Positions 1-9,065 are shown, counted from the first letter of the stretch. The stretch: 64,000 bases of DNA from a virus (IMGVR_UViG_3300017791_000194:1-64000); one strand, 5' to 3'. The notes: generated by a model from the sequence alone, not told the origin. Made by a program: numbers and translations.

Positions 1-219
1 CTCCCATTCGGCGAGGCCATCGGCTTGCAGCACGCCGACGGCGCCGCGCGCCTTGTCTGGGGTGGTGTTGCCGATGAAGGCGAGAGCATGCAGGGTCGGT
101 CTGACCTCGGCGACCTCCAGAATGGCCAGGCGCACCAGCCAGCGCTGCTCCTCGGTCAGGTCTGGATCAACGAGGGTGTGAACCAGGCTCCGCAGATCCA
201 GCCTGGACAGATCAAGCAC
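1..219 (-). CDS. Partial hypothetical protein, possible winged-HTH; runs off window edge
   Basis: GTG at 219 just upstream of the previous gene's stop; open frame MLDLSRLDLRSLVHTL...ADGLAEWE to base 1. Confidence 0.5.
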   Translation of the reverse strand, partial: MLDLSRLDLRSLVHTLVDPDLTEEQRWLVRLAILEVAEVRPTLHALAFIGNTTPDKARGAVGVLQADGLAEWE

Positions 220-460
220 GCTTCGCCTTGGTGCGCGCGAGCATCTCGTGACCATCCTTGATCGCGAGAACCTCTGTGGCAGCGAAGCGGCTGGTCGAGG
301 TTGGGTCACCGGCCTTGTTGAGCACGACAACCGCAATGAACGACTCGTTCCTGCCAGGCATTACCACGTCGATTCTCGATCCATCTTTCGTGGCCTGGAT
401 CTTCTCGACCGTCGCGCCCGCAGGTGTGCGGTATGTGACCTGAACGTAGTCGCCCTTCAC
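212..460 (-). CDS. Hypothetical protein (82 aa)
   Basis: ORF track; coupled to neighbouring genes. Confidence 0.55.
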   Translation of the reverse strand: MKGDYVQVTYRTPAGATVEKIQATKDGSRIDVVMPGRNESFIAVVVLNKAGDPTSTSRFAATEVLAIKDGHEMLARTKAKRA

Positions 461-690
461 TGCTTGATCTGCCTCTTGATTTCTTGTTCCGCATCCGCAC
501 CGACGACCGCCGGGTCGGAGTTAGGAACGCCGAGCGTGGGGGTGATGAGATGGCTGATGTTCGACATGTCCGTCGACCAGGTCGTGTTGGGCAACCAAGT
601 GCCCTTCAATTGTGAGCGGCTGTAGACCTCGACTGGCTCAGTCATGGAGTTGATGTTGCGGAGAAACTCACGAGTAGAAACACGCTTCAT
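457..690 (-). CDS. Phd/YefM-like DNA-binding protein, orphan copy 1
   Basis: MKRVSTREFLRNINSMTEPVEVYSRSQLKGTWLP resembles the Phd/YefM N-terminal fold; GGAGG upstream; paralog at 6065-6379. Confidence 0.5.
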   Translation of the reverse strand: MKRVSTREFLRNINSMTEPVEVYSRSQLKGTWLPNTTWSTDMSNISHLITPTLGVPNSDPAVVGADAEQEIKRQIKQ

Positions 691-705
691 GTATGACAGG
701 ACCTC

Positions 706-746
706 CTGTCTGACAAGTTTGTCTGACAAGTGGTCGTTTGTCAAGC
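706..746 (-). promoter_or_regulatory. TTGACA promoter with two TTGTCWGACAA-type operator palindromes
   Basis: TTGACA (744-739), 17 nt, CAAACT; palindromes CTGTCTGACAA 706-716 and TTGTCTGACAA 719-729. Confidence 0.55.
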
Positions 747-836
747 ATTCCGCAGCCAGATGATGACCAGGAGCTGGAGTGTCGCGGCCAAAAGCAGTCC
801 GACCAGAAGGCCTCGAACGAACCAGGTGGCTGGCAA

Positions 837-1376
837 TCAGGACGCCTTGGCTGGCTTGTAGTCGGTGACGCACATCCGGAACGTCCAGGCGATGGCTTCC
901 TTGGCGGTGCGCGGCGCCCAGGCGATGTCCTTGCCGCACTTCGTGCAGGTTCTGGTGCCCTGTCGATCCCCGCGTGCAGGCACGCGCAGCCAGACCTTCT
1001 TGTACGAGCCGTCTGGCTCAGGCGTGGCGTTGGTGACCTGCACCGCGGTCAACGACTGGCCCCAGACGTCATCACGACCCTCGACGAGCTTGCCCCACTT
1101 GGGGTCGTCATCGACGACGCGCGGCGTGCGCTGCCGGAACATGGTGTCCATCTGGTCGGAGGTCAGCGCGTCGCGACCCACAGCGCGGACACTGGCCCGG
1201 AAGCGTTCCTGCTCTCGCCAGCCAGTGGCCCAGGCGAAGGCGGGCTCCAGAAGCATCACCGCGATCGGCAAGCCGATGAGCGCGTACGGGCCGACGAGTG
1301 CGAGTCCGACTCCGAGCCCCACGGCCAGGTAACCAACGACGATCGCCAGGCGCAGGACTCGGAGCTTTCGGCTCAT
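837..1376 (-). CDS. DUF6745-like protein
   Basis: C-terminal VTNATPEPDGSYKKVWLRVP...TAKEAIAWTF..TDYKP motif. Confidence 0.55.
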   Translation of the reverse strand: MSRKLRVLRLAIVVGYLAVGLGVGLALVGPYALIGLPIAVMLLEPAFAWATGWREQERFRASVRAVGRDALTSDQMDTMFRQRTPRVVDDDPKWGKLVEGRDDVWGQSLTAVQVTNATPEPDGSYKKVWLRVPARGDRQGTRTCTKCGKDIAWAPRTAKEAIAWTFRMCVTDYKPAKAS

Positions 1377-1381
1377 CGGGA

Positions 1382-1735
1382 CTAGTCGCCCAACCTGAGC
1401 GACATGCCGGGGTTGCGAGTGGCCGGGTCAGGAACGAACTGCTCCTGCTGGACCACTCGGTAGGTGCCCTTCGGGACCTTGATGGTGTCGTGCTCCTCAT
1501 GGACGAGAGGTGCGTCGCTCATCAGCTTGAGGAAGCGCCCGTTGTCCTGATCGGACAGCTGCACCGCCTCGGCCTCGGGGGCGTCGATCACGTGTGCGTG
1601 ACCAGTCACCTCGCCGTAGGCGAGGACAAGTCGACCAGCATCTCGCGCAACTCGCGAGAGACGGGCCGGGAGCCAGGACCGCGGGAGCGGCTGCTCGATC
1701 AGCAACACGTCACCCTGACGGTACGTCTTGGCCAT
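1382..1735 (-). CDS. Conserved hypothetical protein usually paired with DUF6745
   Basis: YRQGDVLL, LAYGEVTGHAH, LVHEEHDTIKVPKGTYRVVQQ motifs; GGAGG RBS. Confidence 0.6.
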   Translation of the reverse strand: MAKTYRQGDVLLIEQPLPRSWLPARLSRVARDAGRLVLAYGEVTGHAHVIDAPEAEAVQLSDQDNGRFLKLMSDAPLVHEEHDTIKVPKGTYRVVQQEQFVPDPATRNPGMSLRLGD

Positions 1736-1787
1736 AGACCCTCCATTCACCACGATCACCGAACCGCCCATGGTTCCGTCGCGTCGT

Positions 1788-1818
1788 GTTGTCAGACAAC
1801 GTAGCACGGTTGTCAAGC
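1788..1818 (-). promoter_or_regulatory. Operator palindrome GTTGTCAGACAAC beside a GCTTGACAA box
   Basis: Perfect 13-bp palindrome 1788-1800; TTGACA at 1816-1811; no convincing -10. Confidence 0.45.
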
Positions 1819-1823
1819 AATGT

Positions 1824-2078
1824 CTAGCGGGTTCGCTGGACATTCACCCCGAAGCGCTCCAGCTGCTGCGCGAGGTTGTGCATCGCGCCAGCCGTGCGGT
1901 TGGCGGTCTCGATGGTGAACCGCAACTCGTTCTGGGCCGCTCGCCAGGCTCGGTCGCCATTCGCCCACTCCCGGTAGACGTTCACCATCTGCGTGGCCTG
2001 GACCCGGTACTCACTCACTTCGTTGGTTGCTGTGGTCGAACCGGACCCGGGTTCGGTCTGTCGTGATGAGGTCGGCAC
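1824..2078 (-). CDS. Hypothetical protein (true start may be GTG at 2018)
   Basis: ORF track. Confidence 0.5.
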   Translation of the reverse strand: MPTSSRQTEPGSGSTTATNEVSEYRVQATQMVNVYREWANGDRAWRAAQNELRFTIETANRTAGAMHNLAQQLERFGVNVQRTR

Positions 2079-2232
2079 TGTTGTTCAGCTGGTACATCGA
2101 CGGACCGGCCGAGGTCCAGCTCAGCAGGTTGGTGACCATCCAGGTCGGGATCAAGGCGCCGCCACCATCTCGCTCGCGGGCCCAGAACTCGTAGGCCCCC
2201 CGAGCTTGCTCATTGGCGTCAACTCGCTTCAT
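2011..2232 (-). CDS. Hypothetical protein (73 aa)
   Basis: ORF track; GGAGG upstream. Confidence 0.5.
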   Translation of the reverse strand: MKRVDANEQARGAYEFWARERDGGGALIPTWMVTNLLSWTSAGPSMYQLNNSADLITTDRTRVRFDHSNQRSE

Positions 2233-2593
2233 GGGTTACCTCCAGATCGATCCTGATCTTTGAAGACCGGCGGGGCATGAAGATGCGGTTGGTGTCACCG
2301 AAGACGGTGGCATCGATGTCGTCACTCACATGCTCGACGTTGACGTTGAGGAGCTGGCCCTGACCGACGACCCATTCCTCCTCGTTGAACTGGAGAATCA
2401 GGCGGATTTGTCCTGCTGGGATGGCGACTGCCGTTGCGCTTCCTGGAGGCGGCGCTTGAGGATGAGCCCTTCGAGCCGCCGCGACAGCTTCAGCAACTCC
2501 AGTAACGGCAGTGAACTCATGGCGTCGAGGAGTTCGTCGGGGCCGGGCTGGCGCGCGGGGGCGGCAACTGCGATCCGTTGGGTCATCGGTCAT
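2219..2593 (-). CDS. Hypothetical protein
   Basis: ORF track; a competing ORF (2398-2586) overlaps it. Confidence 0.4.
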   Translation of the reverse strand: MTDDPTDRSCRPRAPARPRRTPRRHEFTAVTGVAEAVAAARRAHPQAPPPGSATAVAIPAGQIRLILQFNEEEWVVGQGQLLNVNVEHVSDDIDATVFGDTNRIFMPRRSSKIRIDLEVTHEAS

Positions 2594-2858
2594 CCTCTTG
2601 CTCCAGCTTCCGGGCCATCTTCAGTAGAGCGTGCTTCTCGCACAGCGAGACTGGAGTGTCGTCATCTGGCCAAACGAACATCCCGGCGGATGGCTGGCGG
2701 CAGGTATTGATCGCGCAGCGACGGGCGGCGAAGGGGACGATCTGACCATCGCGCACCTTGCCGAGGTAGAGACTCCTACGGGTCACGGGCGATGTCTTCC
2801 ATGACCTTACGCAGCGCATCCATGACATCCTGTCGCTCGGGATCTGCCGCGATCTCAT
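2583..2858 (-). CDS. Small Cys/His hypothetical protein (start uncertain)
   Basis: ORF track; CAINTC...LCEKH. Confidence 0.4.
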   Translation of the reverse strand: MRSRQIPSDRMSWMRCVRSWKTSPVTRRSLYLGKVRDGQIVPFAARRCAINTCRQPSAGMFVWPDDDTPVSLCEKHALLKMARKLEQEDDR

Positions 2859-3147
2859 CGAGGTTGCGCTTCATGCTGGCGGACATACTCATGCCGTGAC
2901 GAACGAGCTTGCCGTCAGCGTCGTACTCGGGCTTTGAGATCTCGACCCGGCTCTCGTCGACGAACTCGCTGTTGAGGACGGGGATCTGGCGCTTCATCTG
3001 ATCCCAGGTCGCCCGACAGAGGAAGCAGTTGCCCGGGCCGTCATAGAAGCGCAGTGGGTGGCGCCAGCCAGGGTGGATCGGCCAGCGGTGGAAGACGATC
3101 ATCGCTGTGCGCCACAGTCGGCGCTTCAGCGGCACCCGGTCAGTCAT
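2776..3147 (-). CDS. Hypothetical protein
   Basis: ATG at 3147 overlaps the stop region of the upstream gene. Confidence 0.5.
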   Translation of the reverse strand: MTDRVPLKRRLWRTAMIVFHRWPIHPGWRHPLRFYDGPGNCFLCRATWDQMKRQIPVLNSEFVDESRVEISKPEYDADGKLVRHGMSMSASMKRNLDEIAADPERQDVMDALRKVMEDIARDP

Positions 3148-3997
3148 CAAAGGTAGGCCTTGCCCCCAGACGGGGGAAGGCCTCCTGCTGCTGCGGACCC
3201 TTGACCCAGCGGAGCTGCCGGGCATCCTTGCCTGCCTCCCACAGGTTCCAGGCCTTGATCGAGAGTGCGGCCAGCGGATTCTGGGCGAGGCGGTTGCCGG
3301 GCCCCTTGGCGGCATCGACGAGGATCTGGCGTCGGAGCAGGTACGGCCCTGTCCCGGCCCGCATCTCAAGCCCTGTCGTCATCTGCTCCCAGAACGCATC
3401 CGCCTTGGCCGCATCGCGCTTCGACTCCAGGTAGTGGAGGGCGGCGGCGATGCTGGCCGAGGGGAAGGGGATGCTCTTGATCAGGCGCTTGCCCATGGTC
3501 ACGCTGGTGTAGATTTCACGGTTGGCATCGAGATACTCGAAGATCTCGTCGGGACTGAACGGGTGTGCCGATTGGCCTGACGGCGAGCGACCAGGCGACG
3601 TCTCGAACCAGCGCGCATAGCGAATGGTAGAGGCGAGGGTGATGGCGTTGGGTTCGCCGCGAATGGCCAGAATATCCCCGACCGTGCGCCCAATGCCCGA
3701 GTCGATCGTCGAGACGGCCGCCGAAGGCAGACCCCGCTCGACATAGAACGCCTGGGATGACCCAGACATGACGACCGCCCAGAGTCGGTGCTGGCCGTCA
3801 ACGAGCCTGCCGCTCTCATCGAACCGCAGAACCGAGGAGAACCAGCGCCCGGCGAGCATGTCGCGGGCGTACTGGTCGATTTTGCCTGAACGGGTTGCTC
3901 TGTTGACGGCGGCGTTCTCCAGCCACTCCGTCGCCTGGTTGGGATCGACGAGCACGACGCTCATCGTGGTCCCGATCGCAGGCATGGTCTCAATCAT
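3140..3997 (-). CDS. ParB/Srx-like (DGQHR motif) domain protein
   Basis: NR...KIDQYARDMLAGRW...GRLVDGQHRLWAVV; GGAGG RBS. Confidence 0.65.
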   Translation of the reverse strand: MIETMPAIGTTMSVVLVDPNQATEWLENAAVNRATRSGKIDQYARDMLAGRWFSSVLRFDESGRLVDGQHRLWAVVMSGSSQAFYVERGLPSAAVSTIDSGIGRTVGDILAIRGEPNAITLASTIRYARWFETSPGRSPSGQSAHPFSPDEIFEYLDANREIYTSVTMGKRLIKSIPFPSASIAAALHYLESKRDAAKADAFWEQMTTGLEMRAGTGPYLLRRQILVDAAKGPGNRLAQNPLAALSIKAWNLWEAGKDARQLRWVKGPQQQEAFPRLGARPTFDD

Positions 3998-4038
3998 GCT
4001 GACCTCCGTGTGTTGCCCAGTTTTGTCAAGCATCCTCT

Positions 4039-4059
4039 GTTGTCTGACGTTTGTCAAGC
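4039..4059 (-). promoter_or_regulatory. Promoter/operator 21-mer GCTTGACAAACGTCAGACAAC
   Basis: Exact reverse complement of 17455-17475. Confidence 0.6.
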
Positions 4060-4060
4060 G

Positions 4061-4348
4061 TTACGTCAGGTTCTCCACGAAGTGGAACTCGATGATGTCG
4101 CCCTGGATCAGCGTCTCGTCGATCTGGATGTGGCGATGACCTGGACGCTCCACATAGTGGAAGGGCACGCTGCGCACCTCACCCTGGCTGCGCACGACCA
4201 CCGAGGCGACGCCACTCGCGGCCTCCATCGGGATCGTCCACTGCGCGGCGCCAATTGCGTGCGTCGTGTCGATGACGAGTGGCTCGGTCGGCCGCAGCCG
4301 CCAGCGGTACGCCGCCTCGATCTGCGGCGTAACGTTGATGCGGTTCAT
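4061..4348 (-). CDS. Hypothetical protein
   Basis: MNRINVTPQIE..., ATG coupled to the upstream stop. Confidence 0.5.
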   Translation of the reverse strand: MNRINVTPQIEAAYRWRLRPTEPLVIDTTHAIGAAQWTIPMEAASGVASVVVRSQGEVRSVPFHYVERPGHRHIQIDETLIQGDIIEFHFVENLT

Positions 4349-4986
4349 GTGTCGGCGGGCTGGGAGAGGCGGTGATATTCGGCGGCGACTGCTGCTGCGA
4401 GCGTTTTCAACCACCCGGAGAATGACTCACCCTCGGCGCTTGGGGTCCAGCCTTTTGCCAGTGCCCGCGCCAGCCGCTCCACGTCCAGCGAGGGTTCGCT
4501 TGCGGGCTGGGAGGCACGGTCGGCGGCGATCTTGTATCCGGTGTCATAGCCACGAAGGAACGCGGCCTCGTCGGGTGTGGAGCGGAGTCCGGCGTCGTAG
4601 AGGGCGGCGGCGCTGTGGCGCGTGCTGTGGTCGCACGGCCCGTTCTCCATTCCGGGCGACGCGAAGCAATGGCGGTGGAGCAGCGCACCGATCCGCTCGA
4701 TCTCCGTGTCACGGGAGTTCATCGGGGCATCCGGTCCTCTCCCCACTCCGACCTGGCGTTGGCGTTCTTTCATCCGGTCGCGGATGAAAGCGCTGATTGC
4801 CTCCATGCACTCGGGATTGAACAGGGTGTCGTCGGCAGGGAAGAAGGCGTACTGCCGCCAACGACCGAACCACCGGATCGTGCCCAACGGTTCGAGCCCA
4901 CGCCGGATCGACAGCACGTCCCACTCGGAGGTCTTGCCGCTCGCCGAGTCGCCCATGTGCTCGAACCGAATGTACGGGTTGGTCAC
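4345..4986 (-). CDS. Mosaic-family protein A: phage domain (GTIRWFGRWRQYAFFP) fused to the SRDTEIERI module
   Basis: GTG at 4986; shares 20-35 bp DNA blocks with 4983-5351 and 16332-16853. Confidence 0.55.
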   Translation of the reverse strand: MTNPYIRFEHMGDSASGKTSEWDVLSIRRGLEPLGTIRWFGRWRQYAFFPADDTLFNPECMEAISAFIRDRMKERQRQVGVGRGPDAPMNSRDTEIERIGALLHRHCFASPGMENGPCDHSTRHSAAALYDAGLRSTPDEAAFLRGYDTGYKIAADRASQPASEPSLDVERLARALAKGWTPSAEGESFSGWLKTLAAAVAAEYHRLSQPADT

Positions 4987-5351
4987 GTCGCAGCCTCGTT
5001 GTCGGCGGGCTGGGAGAGGAAATCGGCGAGTTTCGCGAGGGCGTCCGGGAGACGCGCGGCGGCAACGTGCTGACCGTTCGCACTCACGTACCACGGTTCA
5101 TCCGGGAACTCGTCCCAGTACGCGATCTCCATGCCGAACCCGTCGTCGTCACCCTGCGCCGCAATCAGCGCCGCCTCAGCCGCCTTCCACGCCACGTCCA
5201 GCGAGGGTTCGCTTGCGGGCTGGGAGCGGAGTCCGGCGTCGTACAACCGGCTTGCGATCATCGCGGTCGGCAGTTCTGCGACGTAGCCGCCGAGCATCGC
5301 CTTCTCGACTGCCTCCGCGATCCGCTCGATCTCCGTGTCACGGGAGGTCAT
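4983..5351 (-). CDS. Mosaic-family protein B (SRDTEIERI / LYDAGLR / SQPASEPSLDV / LSQPAD)
   Basis: Shared DNA blocks; ATG coupled to the upstream stop. Confidence 0.55.
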   Translation of the reverse strand: MTSRDTEIERIAEAVEKAMLGGYVAELPTAMIASRLYDAGLRSQPASEPSLDVAWKAAEAALIAAQGDDDGFGMEIAYWDEFPDEPWYVSANGQHVAAARLPDALAKLADFLSQPADNEAAT

Positions 5352-5485
5352 CGAGGGTTCCTCTCGGTGATCCTGCCGCATCGTTGGCACCACCACACGC
5401 GAGCGCCATCCGTGACCCGGACTCGATCCCACCACCGATGACGACGACCGGGCACATCGCCGCACGGCCCTTCACGCTGGCTCAT
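5348..5485 (-). CDS. Small CxxC protein (45 aa)
   Basis: MSQREGPC...WWCQRCGRI, coupled at both ends. Confidence 0.4.
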   Translation of the reverse strand: MSQREGPCGDVPGRRHRWWDRVRVTDGARVWWCQRCGRITERNPR

Positions 5486-5814
5486 CGGTCCTCCGTCTCT
5501 GGCGGCTTCTGGCTCTCTTGGGAACGGAGGGCGGCGCGGGCGATGTCGCGCAGCACGCCCGTCTCCCGCCATCCATCCCAGCCAAGACCGGGGTCGTGAT
5601 CGACCACTTCGCGCAGCGCCGCACTCAGTTCCTCAGCACGTCGGATGGCAGCGTCACGCTCGTCCCGCAGCCCGTCACACCCGGCAAGGAGTCTGGACGC
5701 GGCCAACATCATCTCGTTCCCGGCTCGCCACACTGCGGTGCTGTCTCGCGCTGCAAGCGCATCGTTCCAATGGCCGGTCGCCTCGCGTAGTTCGTCGAGC
5801 AGTTCCGCGCTCAC
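5482..5814 (-). CDS. Mosaic-family protein (ERDAAIRRA / ARAALRSQESQKPPETE)
   Basis: 53-bp and 29-bp identities to 15834-16175. Confidence 0.55.
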   Translation of the reverse strand: MSAELLDELREATGHWNDALAARDSTAVWRAGNEMMLAASRLLAGCDGLRDERDAAIRRAEELSAALREVVDHDPGLGWDGWRETGVLRDIARAALRSQESQKPPETEDR

Positions 5815-6068
5815 TCTGACGCTCCGGTGGCTTCGGTGAGGATGGCGCGGACAGACGAAATCGCGTCGTTCCAGCCGAGGTCGTAGCGTTCGTCGCGGCT
5901 CGTCATCGCGCGCCATCCGTCAATCCGCTCCGCTACTTCTCGGAGAGCAGCAGCCCTCGCCTCGGACTCGATAGCTTTCACGTCGTTGACGCGGGCAAGG
6001 AGCCAACCCTGGTTGTCGTTGTATTCGTAGAGCGCCGCGAACAGACGCTCGCTCCCGGGATCGCTCAC
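5811..6068 (-). CDS. Hypothetical protein (85 aa)
   Basis: ORF track; coupled. Confidence 0.5.
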   Translation of the reverse strand: MSDPGSERLFAALYEYNDNQGWLLARVNDVKAIESEARAAALREVAERIDGWRAMTSRDERYDLGWNDAISSVRAILTEATGASE

Positions 6069-6379
6069 TTCTTCTTGCCAGTCTTCGGTACCGGGGTGAA
6101 TGGTCGGCTGTTGAAACTCGTGCCAGGCATGATCGGGCGGACAGTGGTCACCGGCGGCCGACTGGCCAGCTCGCGCTTCAGCCGAGCAATCTCCTCGGCG
6201 GCAAAGCTATCAATGGTGACCGGCGGGGCATCCCTCTTGGCTAGGTCCTCGTAGTGAACCTTGGTGTCCATGCCCGCCGGGTACCAGGTGCCGAGCAGCC
6301 GCCGGTTGGCAGTCACCTCGACTGGTTCGGTCAGGGCGGCATAGCTGACACGGAACTCGCTGCTGGGGATGTTCTTCAT
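6065..6379 (-). CDS. Phd/YefM-like DNA-binding protein, orphan copy 2, probably leaderless
   Basis: MKNIPSSEFRVSYAALTEPVEVTANRRLLGTWYP aligns with 457-690; TACAAT 6 nt upstream of the ATG. Confidence 0.55.
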   Translation of the reverse strand: MKNIPSSEFRVSYAALTEPVEVTANRRLLGTWYPAGMDTKVHYEDLAKRDAPPVTIDSFAAEEIARLKRELASRPPVTTVRPIMPGTSFNSRPFTPVPKTGKKK

Positions 6380-6417
6380 GTACAGATTGTACAACACGTA
6401 CATGTACAAGATGTACA
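6379..6417. promoter_or_regulatory. TGTACA operator cluster
   Basis: TGTACA at 6379, 6388, 6403 and 6412, plus CGTACA at 6397. Confidence 0.6.
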
Positions 6418-6584
6418 GGATGTGCCAGTGGAGGAAGCGAGGCTTGGCTGTGCGGGAGATTTTGGTGGTGACACTCCCCACGTTCTCCGCATTCGCCCAA
6501 AGGGTCCCATCGGCCCGGGGTATGTTGTCCTCGGCGGAGCACTCCGCCCGGCAGGCCCGCACCGACACCGGCGGGCGCACGGAG

Positions 6585-6600
6585 GTGTACACGTGTACAC
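6585..6600. promoter_or_regulatory. Tandem GTGTACAC palindromes over the RBS/start of the first rightward gene
   Basis: GTGTACAC-GTGTACAC directly after GGAG. Confidence 0.55.
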
Positions 6601-6856
6601 GAACGCACAGGTGGCCGCGATCCTCGCTGGCCTCAATGCTCGCCTCGATGCGCTCGAAGGCGCGCGCGTCCCCACGAGCGTGCCCGCGCAGCCGAGCGTG
6701 AGCGCGCCCGTCGTGATCCCCGAGCGCACCGCGAAGGCGAGCCGGTGGGCGTGCTCGCTGCATCCTGACCACAAGGGCCGCGGCTGGTTCACGGCGAACG
6801 GCATCGCGTACCACCGCGCGAACTGCCCCGGCACCGTGACCGAGATCACGCGCTAG
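6593..6856 (+). CDS. Hypothetical protein, first rightward gene
   Basis: GGAGG at 6581, GTG at 6593; C-terminal C-x2-H...H-x3-C. Confidence 0.5.
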   Translation: MYTNAQVAAILAGLNARLDALEGARVPTSVPAQPSVSAPVVIPERTAKASRWACSLHPDHKGRGWFTANGIAYHRANCPGTVTEITR

Positions 6857-7211
6857 CGCCGATGCGGAGCCGCCTTGCCTTCGGGCAGGGCGGCTTTGCC
6901 GTTTACGGCCGACGCTCACAAGGAGGGCACATGGAGTGCTCGTGCGTGCCGTGCTCACTCGCTGGGCGCGGCGATCAGGACGATGACTCGTCGCGAGTCA
7001 CTCGTACGGGCGTCCCGTCTGGACGTGTTGTTACACACATGGCTACTGACCATGTGCGCTCTCGTTGCGTACACCTGCCTGGCTGCGGCGGGTGCGACGT
7101 TCACATCACTCGTGACATCGTGGCGACGGAGGAAGAACTTCGTGCCACGTTGCCACGCTTCGCACTCTCTACCTAGCGCTTTCACGCGCTAGCTCACGGA
7201 GGTACAGCACA

Positions 7212-7529
7212 ATGACCCTCACCGCTCGTGACCTCACGACTGAGGACAGGGTGGCTGCGGCGGGTGCGCGGATGACGCGCGCGCTCACCGACATCGCAAT
7301 CGCACAGGCGGACGTCACTCGCCGTGTGCTCGACGATCTCAACATCACCTACGACACCGCGCTGCCCCAGGCGTGGGTCGATGACGTGGTGCTCGTCACC
7401 AAGATGCAGCCCTACGGCATCGTGTGGCTGTACCCGGAGGACAGCATCTGGGGCATGCCCTTCGCCGTCACCGCGCAGGGTGGCGCCATCCTCGCTCGGT
7501 ACAACACGCTCAAGAAGGAGGCGGACTGA
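7212..7529 (+). CDS. Hypothetical protein (105 aa)
   Basis: GGAGG RBS; ORF track. Confidence 0.6.
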   Translation: MTLTARDLTTEDRVAAAGARMTRALTDIAIAQADVTRRVLDDLNITYDTALPQAWVDDVVLVTKMQPYGIVWLYPEDSIWGMPFAVTAQGGAILARYNTLKKEAD

Positions 7530-7639
7530 TGCCGCTCTGGTACATCGAGCGTCTGATCGCACGGTTGCGGCGGGCGCGCAGCATCGGGGACAGGCTCGCC
7601 ATCGCCACGCTGGAGACAGCGCTGGGCGTGAGCGGCTAG
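7529..7639 (+). CDS. Small hypothetical protein (36 aa)
   Basis: TGATG coupling. Confidence 0.35.
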   Translation: MPLWYIERLIARLRRARSIGDRLAIATLETALGVSG

Positions 7640-7878
7640 CACATCGGGTTCGTACCAAAGGCCCGCATGAGCGGGGCCGGGTCGCACGACCGAACCCATG
7701 CTACGTGAGAGTGCGGCTCTCACGTGAGGCTGGGAGCGGATGAGTTGATCGGACCTCGTGCCTGAACGCAGGTACATCGAGGCCTGTCGTGACTCATTGT
7801 CTGCTCCCAGTCTTCACGTGAGCGGCGCATAGGCTCGCCGACAATCGGCAAGCACACGCTCATACACGGGAGACGCAC

Positions 7879-8265
7879 ATGGGCGTCGATAGGCTGCTCG
7901 ATGATCCTGCTGTGAAGCGGGACTACGAGCGGTACAAGCGCAAGGTCGCAATCATCGAATTCTTCGTGGGCTGGATGCGGCGCATCCCGCTCGTTGGTCG
8001 TCTCATTCACACGTTCTGGTTCGCGCTGCTCGACGAGGGCGTGTACCAGACGCTCAAGCCACGCTGGGGAGCGATCACGTTCTCGTTCCTCAACGATGGC
8101 TTTCGCCCGACGGCGTGGCACACCTGGGCGTCCATCACAAGCCGTGATCCCGGCCTATACGTCGGGCGCAACCCAGTCGATGGCGAGCGGCGCCCGCCGT
8201 ACTCGAAGGCCGAGGCTGATCTGTGGGATCGGCTCTGGCAGGAGCAACGCGAAGCAAGTGAGTGA
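7879..8265 (+). CDS. Hypothetical protein (128 aa)
   Basis: GGAG RBS; ORF track. Confidence 0.55.
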   Translation: MGVDRLLDDPAVKRDYERYKRKVAIIEFFVGWMRRIPLVGRLIHTFWFALLDEGVYQTLKPRWGAITFSFLNDGFRPTAWHTWASITSRDPGLYVGRNPVDGERRPPYSKAEADLWDRLWQEQREASE

Positions 8266-8386
8266 GGGTTGCGGCCCTCACGGGTGGGCACGAGGTGGCT
8301 TCGGCCTACAGGTAGCGCGGGAACAAGCGCGCTTCGTGCTCACCACGTGAGTGCCGCAAGAGAGCACTCAACACAAGGAGGCTGTC

Positions 8387-8722
8387 ATGTACAGCTTGAT
8401 CACGGATGCGGACAGTCGAGACGTAATGGCGGCGTTCGACGCTCCGCAACTCGGCAACCGCAAGGTGCAGCCCGCCATTCGTCTTGCGCTCGGTGAGCCG
8501 GGCGCGATCATCGTGTCGGTGCCTGAGTGGGCAGGCACGATGCTGACGGCGGCGCTCAAGCGCCTGGGCGCATGGTTCGATCGCGCAACGCCTCCGGGTC
8601 GCATCCCGAGTGGGCGACCGATCGTCTCGTATGCGGGTGCATCGAGCATCCGCAATCAGCGCAAGATCGACAAGCAGACGCGCCGCGATCGTGAGATCCG
8701 CCGCGCCATGAAGCAGGCATGA
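8387..8722 (+). CDS. Hypothetical protein
   Basis: AAGGAGG RBS before ATG 8387. Confidence 0.6.
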   Translation: MYSLITDADSRDVMAAFDAPQLGNRKVQPAIRLALGEPGAIIVSVPEWAGTMLTAALKRLGAWFDRATPPGRIPSGRPIVSYAGASSIRNQRKIDKQTRRDREIRRAMKQA

Positions 8723-8883
8723 GCCCGCTGCTCGCGCTCGTCGCGTTGCTCGCGCTCGTGGCCGCGGGGGTCGGGCGTGACCCGCTCCCGTTCCTCGTCA
8801 TCGCACTCGTCCTGTTCATGGTCGCGAGTCGTGAAGCGTGGGGCCCAGTGGCCTCGGGCCAAAGCGGCAAACCACTCGTATGA
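8719..8883 (+). CDS. Small membrane protein (54 aa)
   Basis: ATGA coupling; two hydrophobic stretches. Confidence 0.45.
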   Translation: MSPLLALVALLALVAAGVGRDPLPFLVIALVLFMVASREAWGPVASGQSGKPLV

Positions 8884-9065
8884 ACATCCTGTACGACGCC
8901 CGCTACTTGTGGGCGGTCCTGTGGGGCAACGGGCCACGCATCGCAGGCAAAGTGTTCATGCGTGGTTTGCGCGGCGGGTCAGTGTTCTGCTGGCTCGTCG
9001 TGGCGCTCGTCTTCGGACTGGCGCTCGGCTGGTTCACGGCTGACTTCGGGATCGTGCCCAAGTGA
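8880..9065 (+). CDS. Small membrane protein
   Basis: ATGA coupling; hydrophobic C-terminus. Confidence 0.45.
   Translation: MNILYDARYLWAVLWGNGPRIAGKVFMRGLRGGSVFCWLVVALVFGLALGWFTADFGIVPK

Noticed and set aside
6065-6958. 297-aa version of the second Phd-like ORF
   Set aside because: The extension crosses the TGTACA operator (giving YILYMYVLYNLY) and a divergent gene; ATG 6379 matches the paralog's start.
6860-7200. Several overlapping short ORFs
   Set aside because: Could not choose a frame. There is an AAGGAGG near 6920, but the downstream peptide is unconvincing.
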